A stretch of 64,000 nt of DNA from Balanoglossus misakiensis (taxonomy: Eukaryota; Animalia; Hemichordata): positions 5,654,202 through 5,718,201 of the forward strand of contig CM082588.2 in the NCBI GenBank assembly GCA_040954595.2, read 5' to 3'. Under the pieces are notes generated by a model that made no database searches, was not told the DNA's origin, and was given only the letters and a program-made list of their open reading frames with translations. Below are positions 63,501 to 64,000 of the stretch, piece after piece; position 1 is the first letter of the stretch; each line of letters begins with the position of its first letter. Both the position numbers and the translations under genes were made by a program.

Positions 63501-64000
63501 CTGACAGAGTTGTTTGAGAGATCGAGATATGATGGATCTATGCTTTTCCTGTCGAATAAATTTCACATCAATCCTTGTCAAAGGCTTGATATATACAGAC
63601 GTTATCTTTGAAAGACACGGAGACAGCTGTCCTTACTAATAGGCCACAAATAAACAAATTAAAGATGGCTAAGGCTTCACTGGCAAGCTGCCATTTAGAG
63701 AGTTTGCATGGATGATGAAAATGGCTGTGGTGCTGTCAATCAGTGCGATGAGACAATTATTTTTCAAAATTGGAAAATTGGGGTGAGGGATAAAAGACTG
63801 AAGTTGTACTGACCAAAACATTGTGTCTGCCATGCGATAACATCATACCACTTCAATTTGCAATTGTCTGACTCGCTCAGGTCTTTTAGTGATCAGACTT
63901 TAATGCTCAAATAGTGAAAGTTTTACATTTTATCAGACTACAAAGAAAAAAAAGTATCACTCCCACAATGTACCATATTCCAAAACTTATCAGATTTCAC

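Noticed and set aside
61000-64000. Short ORFs in the final 3 kb
   Set aside because: No homology cues or consistent exon chain. The region is probably 5'UTR intron or upstream sequence of the myophilin-like gene.

Overview
Eukaryotic, intron-rich genomic DNA from an animal, most likely an invertebrate. There is no CRISPR array and no prokaryotic feature. Eight protein-coding genes were reconstructed from splice sites and reading frames. In order: (1) a small secreted thioredoxin-fold protein with a WCKEC motif (+, 599-2144); (2) a divergent BiP/HSPA5-type ER Hsp70 ending in KEEL (+, 3198-7049); (3) a paralogous secreted thioredoxin-fold protein that has lost CxxC but keeps the exon/phase structure of gene 1 (-, 9064-7711); (4) WDCP/C2orf44 (+, 10169-15181); (5) an LRRK1-type ROCO kinase, ANK-LRR-ROC-COR-kinase-WD40 (-, 43519-27033); (6) CDC5L (-, 49336-44528); (7) an intronless nucleotide-diphospho-sugar transferase of the PF03407/GT77 type (+, 51477-52601); (8) a myophilin/MP20/transgelin-like calponin-family gene (-, 60559-55360). 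Between the convergent 3' ends of WDCP and LRRK lies a ~8 kb block of four directly abutting, unrelated tandem arrays (33, ~74, ~71 and ~143 bp units); the first has hairpin modules and higher-order structure. The most notable items are the Trx-BiP-Trx secretory folding cluster with ERSE/UPRE-like motifs and furin-type propeptides, an NF-kB/IRF/CRE motif cluster upstream of LRRK, the composite satellite, and the single-exon GT77-like gene. All family assignments come from recognised motifs; no database search was run.
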